Source of the DNA: an uncultured delta proteobacterium
GTDB taxonomy: Bacteria > Desulfobacterota > Binatia > UBA9968
Assembly (NCBI GenBank): GCA_963840855.1
Contig: CAWJBB010000068.1
Span: forward strand, 1 to 64,000
DNA length: 64,000 bases
Direction of reading: 5' to 3'
Positions within the stretch are counted from its first letter, which is position 1, and every line of letters starts with the position of its first letter. The notes below the pieces were generated by a model that was not told the DNA's origin, made no database searches, and saw only the letters and a program-made list of their open reading frames with translations. This document shows, piece after piece, positions 52,705 through 62,293 of this stretch. A program made the position numbers and the translations under genes.

Positions 52705-53688
52705 ATGAATAGAAACGTTTGGGTTCTTCCACTGACTGTTTTTCTGTTGCTGATTGCTGCTATTTCAGGGGCGCAGCAAGCGGCCAAAGTATGGAAAATC
52801 GGCGTGCTGGTTTCGGGCAACAAGGCGTCGAACGCGATGCGCGATGACGCGTTGCGCGAGGGGTTGCGGCAACTAGGCTACGAGGAGAACAAGAACATCG
52901 TCTGGGAGTACCGCTACGCCGAAGGCAAAACGGATCGCTTGCCGCAACTCGCGCGCGAGCTGGTCGAGCAAAAACCCGACGTCATCGTCGTGGGTGGCAC
53001 CAGCGTCGCCGTCGCCGCGAAGAACGCCACCAGTGCGATTCCCATCGTCGTCGCCGGCGCCGGCGACTTGGTGGAAGCCGGCCTGGTCAAGAGTTTCATG
53101 TACCCGGGTGGCAATGTCACCGGCGTTTCGCGCATGTCTCCAGATTATTTTGGCGCGCGGCTCAAACTGATCAAGGAAATCATGCCCAAAACCGCGCAGG
53201 TCGCGGCCCTGGCGAATCCTAAGAATCCCGGTTACGCGCGCAGTATCAAGGATGCCGAGTTGGGCGCCCAATCCCTCGGCATGACTTTCCAGACGGTCAA
53301 CGCGCGCACGCCCGACGAGCTGGATAACGCCGTCGGCAGCGCCGGCAAGGGCGGCGCCACTGCGCTCTTCGTCATGACTGACGCAATGTTCAATAGTAAC
53401 GTCGCGCGACTCGCCAAGGCATCGATCAAGTACCGGCTCGCTGCCGTCTATGATCGCCCCGACTTCGTGGAGGCCGGCGGGCTATTGAGCTACGGCGTGA
53501 ACCTGGCCGATTTAAACCGGCGTGCCGCTGAATATGTGGATCAAATCTTCAAGGGCAAAAAGCCCGCTGATCTGACGCTGGTGGAACCGACGAAGTTTGA
53601 CTTGGCGGTCAACTTGAAAACGGCCCAACAGATCGGCATCACGATACCGCCTGAAGTAATAAACCGGGCGGGGAAAGTCGTTAGGTGA
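52705..53688 (+). CDS. ABC_sub_bind (DUF534-type) SBP
   Basis: Signal peptide; close paralog of 48573-49595. Confidence 0.9.
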   Translation: MNRNVWVLPLTVFLLLIAAISGAQQAAKVWKIGVLVSGNKASNAMRDDALREGLRQLGYEENKNIVWEYRYAEGKTDRLPQLARELVEQKPDVIVVGGTSVAVAAKNATSAIPIVVAGAGDLVEAGLVKSFMYPGGNVTGVSRMSPDYFGARLKLIKEIMPKTAQVAALANPKNPGYARSIKDAELGAQSLGMTFQTVNARTPDELDNAVGSAGKGGATALFVMTDAMFNSNVARLAKASIKYRLAAVYDRPDFVEAGGLLSYGVNLADLNRRAAEYVDQIFKGKKPADLTLVEPTKFDLAVNLKTAQQIGITIPPEVINRAGKVVR

Positions 53689-53711
53689 AGCGCAGGCGTG
53701 AGGGTGAAGTT

Positions 53712-54794
53712 ATGCCGAACAAAATCCTGATCGTCGACGACGAGCCGTTTAACCTCGATCTCCTGGAACAAGAGCTCATGGATTATGATTACGTGATCGA
53801 AAAAGCGGCCGACGGCGTAGAGGCGCTGGAGAAGATCGATAGCTTCGACCCCGACGTCATACTGCTCGACTATATGATGCCGAGGATGAACGGCTTGGAG
53901 GTTGTCCGGCGCCTTAGAGAGAACGAAAAGCATAAGAGTATCCCCGTCATTCTCTTGACCGCGAAAGCAAGCCAGGAGGATAAAATCGCCGGGCTCGACG
54001 CCGGAGCGGATGATTACGTCACCAAACCGTTCGACTCCTTCGAGTTGTTGGCGCGGGTGCGGGCGATGCTGCGCATTAAGCAGATGCACGATACTTTGGA
54101 AGAGTGGAACAGGACTCTCGCCGATAAAGTGAGCCAGCAAGTCACCGAACTGCAGCGCATGGAACGGCTCCGGCGTTATCTCTCGCCGCAGATCGCCGAG
54201 ACCATCTTGGGCAACGAAGCAGCCCTGTTCAAGACGCACCGGCGGGAAATCACCGTGGTCTTTCTCGACCTGCGCGGTTTCACGGCGTTTTCCGATAGCG
54301 CCGAACCCGAAGAGGTGATGGATTGTTTGCGTCACTATCACGCCGAAATGGGCAAGTTGGTTTTCAAATACGAAGGCACGTTGGAACGCTTCATGGGCGA
54401 TGGTATTGTCGTGATCTTCAACGACCCGATCCCGTGTGAAAACCATTCGCAAAAGGCCGCCCAGATGGCGATTGAAATGCGCAACCGAGTCAAAGAATTA
54501 CGCGTCGCGTGGCTCAAGATGGGTTATGATCTCGATCTGGGCGTGGGTTTGGCGAGCGGCTACGCGACGCTTGGAACAGTTGGTTTTGAAGGCCGAATGG
54601 ACTATGGAACGATAGGCAATCTACCCAACCTGGCCGCGCGGCTCTGCGCGGAAGCTCAAGGCGGCCAGATAGTGACGGATCAGAAGACCATGAGCAAGCT
54701 CGAAGAGCACATCGAAGCCGCAGCCCTTGAAGGGCTGCGCCTCAAGGGGATCAACCGCCCGGTTACGGCGTATAATCTGCTCAACACAAAGTAG
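53712..54794 (+). CDS. response regulator-class III adenylate/guanylate cyclase fusion
   Basis: REC domain; FLDLRGFT, FMGDG, DYGTIG, NLAARL. Confidence 0.93.
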   Translation: MPNKILIVDDEPFNLDLLEQELMDYDYVIEKAADGVEALEKIDSFDPDVILLDYMMPRMNGLEVVRRLRENEKHKSIPVILLTAKASQEDKIAGLDAGADDYVTKPFDSFELLARVRAMLRIKQMHDTLEEWNRTLADKVSQQVTELQRMERLRRYLSPQIAETILGNEAALFKTHRREITVVFLDLRGFTAFSDSAEPEEVMDCLRHYHAEMGKLVFKYEGTLERFMGDGIVVIFNDPIPCENHSQKAAQMAIEMRNRVKELRVAWLKMGYDLDLGVGLASGYATLGTVGFEGRMDYGTIGNLPNLAARLCAEAQGGQIVTDQKTMSKLEEHIEAAALEGLRLKGINRPVTAYNLLNTK

Positions 54795-54799
54795 CGGGG

Positions 54800-55732
54800 A
54801 TGAACCAAAACAATAGATCCGACGCGCGGCGGAGCGCATCATTCGTGGTGCGGTTCTGGGGCGTGCGCGGCAGTTATCCCGCCACCGATCCGGCGACTCG
54901 CGGAATCGGCGGCAATACCTCTTGTGTCGAGGTCGCGGTGGCCGGACAGCGCCTAATTTTCGACGCCGGAACAGGGATCATTCCTTTGGGCAAAGAGATT
55001 TGCAATGATTTTTCCGCGCGGCCCACCGCCTATGTCTTTTTGAGCCATACGCACATGGATCATATCATGGGACTTTGCTTCTTTGAGCCCCTCCTTACGG
55101 CCGGGGCGCGTTCGTTCATTTTCGGTCCGGGAAATTCCCGAGGAGCCTTGACTAGAAGTTTGCGGCAACTAACGCACAGCCACCTGTTCCCGGTAACCAT
55201 CGACGAGCTCAAAGGAAGAAAGGAAATTCACTCCCTTCAGGGCGGCGAGATCATTCGCTTTCCGTCACCCGGCAAAAGACCCACCATCGATAAGAATTCA
55301 CAATCGAATCGGCTCGACTCCGAGGAGCTTGAGATCACCGCCCTCAAGAGCGTGGCTCATCCGCGCTCCGGCGTGATGCTTTACCGGGTGAACTTCGGCG
55401 GGAAAAGTCTGGTGTACGCTACCGACGTCGAACAAAAGGAAGGCGGTTACCCTGAAATTATTGAATTCGCGCGGGGCGCTGATCTTCTGATCCATGACGC
55501 GCAGTACTTACACGACGAATATTTTTCCCAGAGTAAACCGAAAATGGGTTGGGGCCACAGCACCATCGAGATGGCCGCGGAGGTGGCCCGGAAGGCCGGC
55601 GTCCAGCGACTCGCGCTTTTTCACCACGAGCCGAGCCATGACGATAAAACCATGCGGGCTATTGAACGAGAAGGCAAACGGTTATTTCCACGATCGCTGA
55701 TCGCCCACGAGGGCATGAAATTATCATTGTAA
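54800..55732 (+). CDS. MBL-fold metallo-hydrolase (candidate cyclic phosphodiesterase)
   Basis: FWGVRGS, GGNTSC, DAGTG, SHTHMDH, HDAQY, WGHS, FHHEP. Confidence 0.88.
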   Translation: MNQNNRSDARRSASFVVRFWGVRGSYPATDPATRGIGGNTSCVEVAVAGQRLIFDAGTGIIPLGKEICNDFSARPTAYVFLSHTHMDHIMGLCFFEPLLTAGARSFIFGPGNSRGALTRSLRQLTHSHLFPVTIDELKGRKEIHSLQGGEIIRFPSPGKRPTIDKNSQSNRLDSEELEITALKSVAHPRSGVMLYRVNFGGKSLVYATDVEQKEGGYPEIIEFARGADLLIHDAQYLHDEYFSQSKPKMGWGHSTIEMAAEVARKAGVQRLALFHHEPSHDDKTMRAIEREGKRLFPRSLIAHEGMKLSL

Positions 55733-55739
55733 CAATCGC

Positions 55740-56726
55740 ATGGTAAACACCGTCACAGTGTTCACTGGAAATCTGCTCGCGATACTTTTCATGCTCGCTT
55801 GCGCGGCCTTCGAAGCCCAAGCACAAATGCACCGTATTGGCGTCTTGGTGCCCGAAATGGGCCGGGCGCAGTCCCAAGCGCAAAAAGGACTGATCGAGGA
55901 ACTGCAACAGTTAGGCTACCAACCACGGAAAAACGTCAGTTTTGAAATCCGCAATGCCAAGGGCAACCGAAATGCGCTTCAACCCGCGGCCAATGAACTC
56001 GCCGCGAGTAAAATCAATTTAATTTTTACCACCGGAACCAGAGCCACGCTGGCGGCAAGCGCGGCCACGCGCGATATTCCCATCGTTTTCGTTCATCCGG
56101 GCGACCCCATCGCGTTGGGTCTCTTGAAAGGTTCCGGAGAATCCAGAGGCAACGTCATGGGTGTCGCCGCCTTCGCGGCGCAAACGACGGACATCCGGCT
56201 CGCGCTTCTGAAAGAAATCTTTCCCGCGCTGCAAAAACTCCACATCTATTTTGACTCCAACAGCAGTTATGCAGCGGAGAATTTGGCTCTAGTGGAATCC
56301 GCCGCCAAAAAGCTGGCTCTACATGTCGTTAACCACGGCGTAAAATCAGTGGACGAGTTGAAAGCGAGCGTCAGCGCGACTCCGAGCGAGCAGGGCGCGG
56401 CAATTTTTCACATACCGGATGACCTGGTTGAAAGCGAGGTGGATTTCATCTTTGAAACGGCGCGGCAAAAGAAACTGCCGACGATGTTCAACGAGGAGGC
56501 TTGGGCCATCGCCGGGGCGATGGCCGCCCACGGGCCCAACTATTTTCAGATGGGCCGCCAGGCCGGCCGTCTCGCGGACGGAATTCTCAAAGGACAAACG
56601 CGCGGTTCCGTGCCGGTCCAGCGTGCCGCTAAATTCGATCTGACGCTCAATTATCGGACGGCCAACATTATCGGATTGCGCCTTTCTCAGGAGATCTTGA
56701 AAAAAGCCGACAAGGTCATTCGCTGA
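55740..56726 (+). CDS. ABC_sub_bind (DUF534-type) SBP
   Basis: RIGVL, IPIVF, DP, GRQAG, KKADKVIR. Confidence 0.88.
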   Translation: MVNTVTVFTGNLLAILFMLACAAFEAQAQMHRIGVLVPEMGRAQSQAQKGLIEELQQLGYQPRKNVSFEIRNAKGNRNALQPAANELAASKINLIFTTGTRATLAASAATRDIPIVFVHPGDPIALGLLKGSGESRGNVMGVAAFAAQTTDIRLALLKEIFPALQKLHIYFDSNSSYAAENLALVESAAKKLALHVVNHGVKSVDELKASVSATPSEQGAAIFHIPDDLVESEVDFIFETARQKKLPTMFNEEAWAIAGAMAAHGPNYFQMGRQAGRLADGILKGQTRGSVPVQRAAKFDLTLNYRTANIIGLRLSQEILKKADKVIR

Positions 56727-56738
56727 CCGAGCCAACTC

Positions 56739-59405
56739 ATGGAGCCCGTCGCCGATACCATCAGAACCATTCCCATATTCTCCGGGCTTTCCCGCGAGGA
56801 TACCGCGAAGGTTCTCGGCAAAATGGAAGAGACTTCGTTTGCCGCCGGGACAACGATTGTTTCCCAAGGCGATCAGGGCGATGCGTTTTATCTGATTCAG
56901 TCCGGCGCGGTGCAGGTGATGTTGGAAAGCGACGCCGGCAAGTCGGAAGTCATCGCGGTGCTCGGGGCGAAGGACTGGTTCGGAGAAATGGCGCTGTTTA
57001 CCGGCGAGCCACGTTCAGCGACGATCTTGGCGGTAAAGCCGACGATTCTCTGGCGCCTCAACCGCGAGGCCTGGGATGATCTCATCGACAAACATCCGAC
57101 CTGGCTCTTGCAGCTCTGCGCGACCCTGAGCAAACGACTGTCTCACCTGGATCGGCAATATTCCACGGGACGCGAAGCATTCAACTCGTTGGCGGGAGAG
57201 TTCTACAGCTCGCGGCCGCCCGAGCAGCAACAGTTTTTCCGCCGCGCCTGTCTGCTGAGCGATATCGACAGTTCCACGGTAGAGCGGTTACTCGGCACGG
57301 CCGGGGCGAAATCATACCTGGCGGATCTCGAAAAGAACCGGTTCCGTCTGGTCCGCCGTCTGGACGGAACAAAATACGAGCTGCACAGCTACTTCAAAGA
57401 TTTCCTGCGGGAAAAGCTGCTCGAAACCGATGGCAAAGAAACCAAACTCAAGCTCGACCGGCAAATCAGCGCCGAGTATGCGGCGCTGGGCGATTGGCGG
57501 CAAGCGGTTTACCATTTGTTGGAAGCCGGCGACTCGCCCAAAGCGGCCGAGCTTCTGATTGCGCAAAAGGAGCCGTTGCTGAGCGACGCTGTTGGGTTTG
57601 TCAAGGCGGCCATCGACTCCTTGCCCAGGGATCAACTTTATTCCGACCCGCGCCTGGTTCACTTGCACGCGACGGCGCTGGCCCAACTGGGCGACCCGGC
57701 GGGAGCCGTGCGCATTTACAGAGAAGTTCTTTCTCAACGATCTCGAGAAATTGCCGGGGCCGAGGCCATCACTCGCCATATCCGCATGGCGGAAACTCTG
57801 GCGCGGCGAAAGGAATTTGGCCAGGCGCTTAGCGTTTTGCGCAGTGCCCTCGACATGGCCGGTCATGAGAGCGTGACATCGTCCGGCGACGTCTCGAGAC
57901 TTTACCTCGACGCGAACCATCAGACGGCGACAAACCCGTTGGGCGCAGCTGGGGTCGTGGCATCGCCGTTCCGTTACCGGCTAGGAAAATATTCCGGCTC
58001 AGTCGAAATAGGATCGGTCAGCAAATGGTTCGGCGCCATTCTCGGCTTGGGCCTATGGGGATATCTCTGGTTTGGCAAACCAGACATCGGCCTTGATGAC
58101 AGCGGCACGAAACTACTCGGATTGTTGTCCCTAACGTTGATCTATTGGGTTTTCTGGGTGTTGCCCGATTACGGTGTAGCGTTCATCTTCGCCCTGGGAC
58201 TGATACTTACCGGATTGGCATCGGGGGAAACCGTCCTGGGAGGCTTCGCCAGCACCACTTGGTTTATGACCCTGGGTGTGCTCGGCCTGGGAGCGGCGAT
58301 CACCGGCTCAGGTCTATTTTATCGCCTCTCCCTGCACCTGGTGCGGTTTTTCCCTTTGAGTTTTTATTGGCAGGTCGTCGGCATGGGCCTCATGGGCGTC
58401 GTCGTCATGGCATTGATCCCGCAACAGACCGCAAGAACAGTCGTCATCAGCCAGATGCTGGTGAACCTTTCCGAGAGCCTTGGCTATAAAACCCCTTCCA
58501 GGGCATCCACCGGTTTGTTCGCCGCAAGTTTTCTTGGACTGGGCCAGCTCGGTTTTCTTTTTCTTACGGGTTCCACCACCAGTTTGATCGCCTGGGGCCT
58601 GCTGCCCGCGGATGTGCGCAGCCAACTCACCTGGGGATATTGGTTTCTCGCCGCCCTTCCGCCCGCATCGATCGTCCTCATCATGGTGCTGGCCGCCATC
58701 GTTCTTATCTTCCGGCCCGAGTCGGAGCCGAAGATTTCTTATAAAATGGTGCAAACCCAACTGGATGTTCTGGGGCCGCTGTCCGCCAAGGAATGGATCA
58801 GTCTGGGAGTGCTCTGCTTCACAGTTACAGGGTGGCTTACGGTCTCTTATCACGGCATCGACGGCGCTTGGATCGCGTTGATTGCCTTTTGCGTTTTGGT
58901 CAATACCGGTGTCTTGGGCTGGCAAAATTTGAAAAAGGCGATTGATTGGGAATTACTCCTCTATATGGGCGTAACGTTGAGCATCCCCACGCTCTTAACT
59001 CAGGCCAGAATCGACCAATGGCTGGTGGAACTGATGACTCCGGCAATCGAACCTTTTATGAATCATCCCGCTTCGTTTTTCCTCGTTATCGCCCTGCTTA
59101 CCTACGCGCTCAAATTGTTCTTTACTAGTTTCCTTACCGTGGTAACGCTCTCCGTCGCGTTGGTGCCATTGTCGGTCGATGTCGGCATGAGTCCCTGGAT
59201 CATCGCCATGATCATTCTGATGGCATCGGAAGTCTGGTTTTTCCCGTTTCAGGTGGACTGGCACACGATGGCGTACTCCACCACCGAGAAAAAAGGTTTC
59301 AGCTATCCGCTCATGTGCCGCGTCAATCCCATCTACGCCCTCGCCTACATCACCGCCCTCATCGCAGCGATCCCGTATTGGAGATACCTCGGCCTGATGG
59401 ACTAG
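56739..59405 (+). CDS. cNMP-binding + MalT-like winged-helix/TPR + DASS (SLC13) transporter fusion
   Basis: FGEMAL-x4-RSAT; YELHSYFKDFL; AVYHLLEAGD; GFAS-x2-W, SGL-x2-RL, IP-x2-TAR, FLTG, IPYW. Confidence 0.85.
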   Translation: MEPVADTIRTIPIFSGLSREDTAKVLGKMEETSFAAGTTIVSQGDQGDAFYLIQSGAVQVMLESDAGKSEVIAVLGAKDWFGEMALFTGEPRSATILAVKPTILWRLNREAWDDLIDKHPTWLLQLCATLSKRLSHLDRQYSTGREAFNSLAGEFYSSRPPEQQQFFRRACLLSDIDSSTVERLLGTAGAKSYLADLEKNRFRLVRRLDGTKYELHSYFKDFLREKLLETDGKETKLKLDRQISAEYAALGDWRQAVYHLLEAGDSPKAAELLIAQKEPLLSDAVGFVKAAIDSLPRDQLYSDPRLVHLHATALAQLGDPAGAVRIYREVLSQRSREIAGAEAITRHIRMAETLARRKEFGQALSVLRSALDMAGHESVTSSGDVSRLYLDANHQTATNPLGAAGVVASPFRYRLGKYSGSVEIGSVSKWFGAILGLGLWGYLWFGKPDIGLDDSGTKLLGLLSLTLIYWVFWVLPDYGVAFIFALGLILTGLASGETVLGGFASTTWFMTLGVLGLGAAITGSGLFYRLSLHLVRFFPLSFYWQVVGMGLMGVVVMALIPQQTARTVVISQMLVNLSESLGYKTPSRASTGLFAASFLGLGQLGFLFLTGSTTSLIAWGLLPADVRSQLTWGYWFLAALPPASIVLIMVLAAIVLIFRPESEPKISYKMVQTQLDVLGPLSAKEWISLGVLCFTVTGWLTVSYHGIDGAWIALIAFCVLVNTGVLGWQNLKKAIDWELLLYMGVTLSIPTLLTQARIDQWLVELMTPAIEPFMNHPASFFLVIALLTYALKLFFTSFLTVVTLSVALVPLSVDVGMSPWIIAMIILMASEVWFFPFQVDWHTMAYSTTEKKGFSYPLMCRVNPIYALAYITALIAAIPYWRYLGLMD

Positions 59406-59525
59406 GCGCGACCGGAATACGCGCCCGTTCCCGAGGGATAAACTCTTTCGTTGTTCGCGCTCGTAGTTCGACCGTTTGACTTTGCTCACGACCCTCAGAC
59501 TTGATCAAGCTGCCAAGCAAAGACT

Positions 59526-61346
59526 CTACTTGTGGCGTTGCACGTAGGGCTCCATCGTCGCTTCCACAGCAGTGTCTTCTTCGCGGTAGAACGCCGCTGA
59601 AGTGTAAACCAGGAGTGGCGCTTCTCGGCCTTGCACCTTGACTCGTTGTAACGGCTTCAACGGCACCCCCTCCGGTAGTTCTGCGGCGGTAAACTCGCTG
59701 ATGAGCATCGGCACCCCCATCTCTTTTGTGAGCGCTTCAAGCCGGGAAGCGAGATTGACAACATCGCCAATCGCTGTGAAATCGGAGCGCAGCTCAGATC
59801 CAATACTTCCCACTACCGCATCTCCGGAGTTGATGCCGACGCCGATCTTTAAAGCCCGGCCCATAAGCTCCGCCCATTTGGGGTCGAGGTTTTCCACCAT
59901 TTCGACCATTTCGAGACCTGTCTTTACGGCTCTCAGGGCGTCATCGCCGTGAGATTTGGGCGATCCGAATACCGCCATCATCCCGTCGCCGATAAATTTG
60001 TCCACCGTCCCACCATGCTTGAAGACGATCTCGGTAGTTTTCGCAAAGTATTCACTGAGGAACGACACGACCTGTTCAGGCTCGATTTGCTCCGAAATGC
60101 TGGTAAAGCCTCGGACATCCGAGAAAAGCACGGTAATATGCCGGCGCTTGCCACCGAGCGCGAGACCTTCGCGGTCTTCCAAAATCTCTTCGACGATATC
60201 GCGGGAAACGTATCTGCTGAATTGCGCGCGGTAACGAAGGCGTTCTCTTTGCTCCCTGACATAATTATTCAGAGTCAATCCGCCATGGCTCAGCACGATT
60301 CCGAGGAGCGCCGGTGTCATGGGAAGCCAGAGCCGGTACTTTGAAAAAGCGATTATGCAACCCAAGACGAACAACGCGGCCAAGGCGATTACGACGGCGA
60401 AAGCCTTGACGGGTTTGAGCTGGATCGATGGCCAGATAGTAAACCCGCATAACAGGATAAAAATGAGCGCATGTTGCCAATCCGCGAGAGGGATAATTGG
60501 ATTGCCGGCGTAGAACGTTTCAATCAAGTTGGCCTGGATCTCCACTCCAGCCATCGGCTGGGTGGCGGAAAAAGGCGTGCCAAAAACATCGTGCAGGCTG
60601 GGCGCGAAGGAGCCTATGAGAACGATCTTATCGCGAAACACGGCAGGGTCGATTTCATCCCGCAAGATTCGGTAGTAGGGCACGGTTGGATAGGTGCGCG
60701 GCGGGCCGCGAAAATTGATCAAGAGTGGCTCCAGACCGATCGTCATGTCCGGCGTCCTTTTGGATGTCATCGCCGCTTGCTGTATCAGATGAGCAAAGCT
60801 AGGGTAGACCTTATCTTGAAAGGACAACGCAGGCCGAGCGCTGCGAACAAGGCCGTCTTGGTCGGTGACCAGATTCACCGGACCGTAGCCGAGCGCGTCC
60901 TCGCGAATCAAAGGAATCGGCAGGTTCATGGTCTTTTTGGGCCCGAAGTCACTCGCCACTTCGGTGAGCTCGCAGGCAAGAACTACGTTGCCGGCTTGTT
61001 TGATCGCTGCCGCGAGCTCGCGGTCCTCGCGCGGATCGGATTTGGGCTCCGTGAACAAAATATCGAGACCGATTATCCGGGCCTGGCTGCTTGAAAGCTT
61101 TCTGACCAGTGTGGCGTGAAGGTCGCGCGGCCATGGCCATGGTAAGTTGAGTTCGTCGAAAGAGTCCTGATCGATGCTCACAACCACAATGGGCGCTTCG
61201 GGGAGCATCGTTCCGCGCATTTGGAATCGCAGGTCCAGGCTGTGCAGCTCGATTTTAGCCAACAAACCAAGCTGGTAAGCGGTATAAATCAGCCCGGCCA
61301 GGCTCACTCCGATGATTACCGGCAGAAAATGCGCTTTAAGTTTCAT
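59526..61346 (-). CDS. CHASE2-domain adenylate cyclase
   Basis: WPWPR, GLDILF, DQDG-x2-R, GVEIQAN, 3 TM, FSDVRGFT, DKFIGDG, NLASRLE. Confidence 0.94.
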   Translation of the reverse strand: MKLKAHFLPVIIGVSLAGLIYTAYQLGLLAKIELHSLDLRFQMRGTMLPEAPIVVVSIDQDSFDELNLPWPWPRDLHATLVRKLSSSQARIIGLDILFTEPKSDPREDRELAAAIKQAGNVVLACELTEVASDFGPKKTMNLPIPLIREDALGYGPVNLVTDQDGLVRSARPALSFQDKVYPSFAHLIQQAAMTSKRTPDMTIGLEPLLINFRGPPRTYPTVPYYRILRDEIDPAVFRDKIVLIGSFAPSLHDVFGTPFSATQPMAGVEIQANLIETFYAGNPIIPLADWQHALIFILLCGFTIWPSIQLKPVKAFAVVIALAALFVLGCIIAFSKYRLWLPMTPALLGIVLSHGGLTLNNYVREQRERLRYRAQFSRYVSRDIVEEILEDREGLALGGKRRHITVLFSDVRGFTSISEQIEPEQVVSFLSEYFAKTTEIVFKHGGTVDKFIGDGMMAVFGSPKSHGDDALRAVKTGLEMVEMVENLDPKWAELMGRALKIGVGINSGDAVVGSIGSELRSDFTAIGDVVNLASRLEALTKEMGVPMLISEFTAAELPEGVPLKPLQRVKVQGREAPLLVYTSAAFYREEDTAVEATMEPYVQRHK

Positions 61347-61720
61347 GGGGCTCTGGTGGATCCGTGCAATCAGCGCTAAGCGACTGTTGATAGTCTGTCC
61401 TGTCGCATAATTCAATGCCCCTTCCAGTCAGATAAACTGGATTGACAGGTGAATCAATAACTCCTTGGCACTTGTTGGCGGTTTACGATTTCTCGTTAAC
61501 CCCAACTCGGTTGAACGCGCGCCTGTTTCTATTTCCCGGACGAATCCGGCGCTCTTCTATGCGCCCTGCGATGAACGACAAAACCTCGTAGTGGGTCCGA
61601 CCAAATTTGTCTACGCTTCCGCTCATCAGTATCTTTACCGGGTTCGTATTCCCTCCCTTATGACCCCAGGAGTCACCAATAGTGAAGCCCTTTCTTAACG
61701 CCCTACTTTACGCCACCGAT

Positions 61721-61736
61721 TGGCATGCTTACTGCA
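61721..61736 (+). promoter_or_regulatory. sigma-54 promoter candidate
   Basis: TGGCATGCTTACTGCA with correct GG/GC spacing, 55 bp before the ATG at 61791. Confidence 0.55.
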
Positions 61737-61790
61737 CCTGCGCCGGGGAACATTCAATCCCTGAGCCGGCGTCAACGCCGGTGTGGCGAC

Positions 61791-62243
61791 ATGAAAACTT
61801 TACCGAAGACAATTTTTGTCAGTCTGCTGTTTCTTACCTCATGTTCCACAGGTATGGTGGGTTCCTCATCGACGCTCCGAGCGGATCCGGAAATTTTTTG
61901 GGTGGGCGAATTAGAGGTTAGGCTCTATCAAGATCGCGAAAAAATGACTCGCGAGCTGCCGCCGTCCTTGGCGTTGCCAGGCGCCTTGAGGATAGGCGGC
62001 AAGCAGCTCCAAATTTTCGGCTACTATGACGAACAAAACAAACGGATTTTTTCAGTAAATGACGCCCGCGTTCTGCTGCACGAAATTAAGCATTATTTGG
62101 AACCGCATTGGCGGCATGAAATTGGCGCTAACTACCTCGATGCGTTGGGGCAGGGTATCCAATCCGCCTGTGTCGATTGTGCCGCTCCGACGCCAGAGAA
62201 GAGCTCGGTAGTCAATCCCATCCTCGTCGGCCAATCCCGTTAA
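61791..62243 (+). CDS. lipoprotein with HExxH motif
   Basis: Lipobox FLTSC, GYYD, LLHEIKH, C-terminal CVDC. Confidence 0.7.
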   Translation: MKTLPKTIFVSLLFLTSCSTGMVGSSSTLRADPEIFWVGELEVRLYQDREKMTRELPPSLALPGALRIGGKQLQIFGYYDEQNKRIFSVNDARVLLHEIKHYLEPHWRHEIGANYLDALGQGIQSACVDCAAPTPEKSSVVNPILVGQSR

Positions 62244-62293
62244 GTGAGCGGCGCGATCAACGCCGCAGAGCCAGCTCAAGACTTCCTGAGAAT

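Noticed and set aside
61465-61481. TTGGCAC as a sigma-54 promoter
   Set aside because: The downstream GC is one base off the required spacing.
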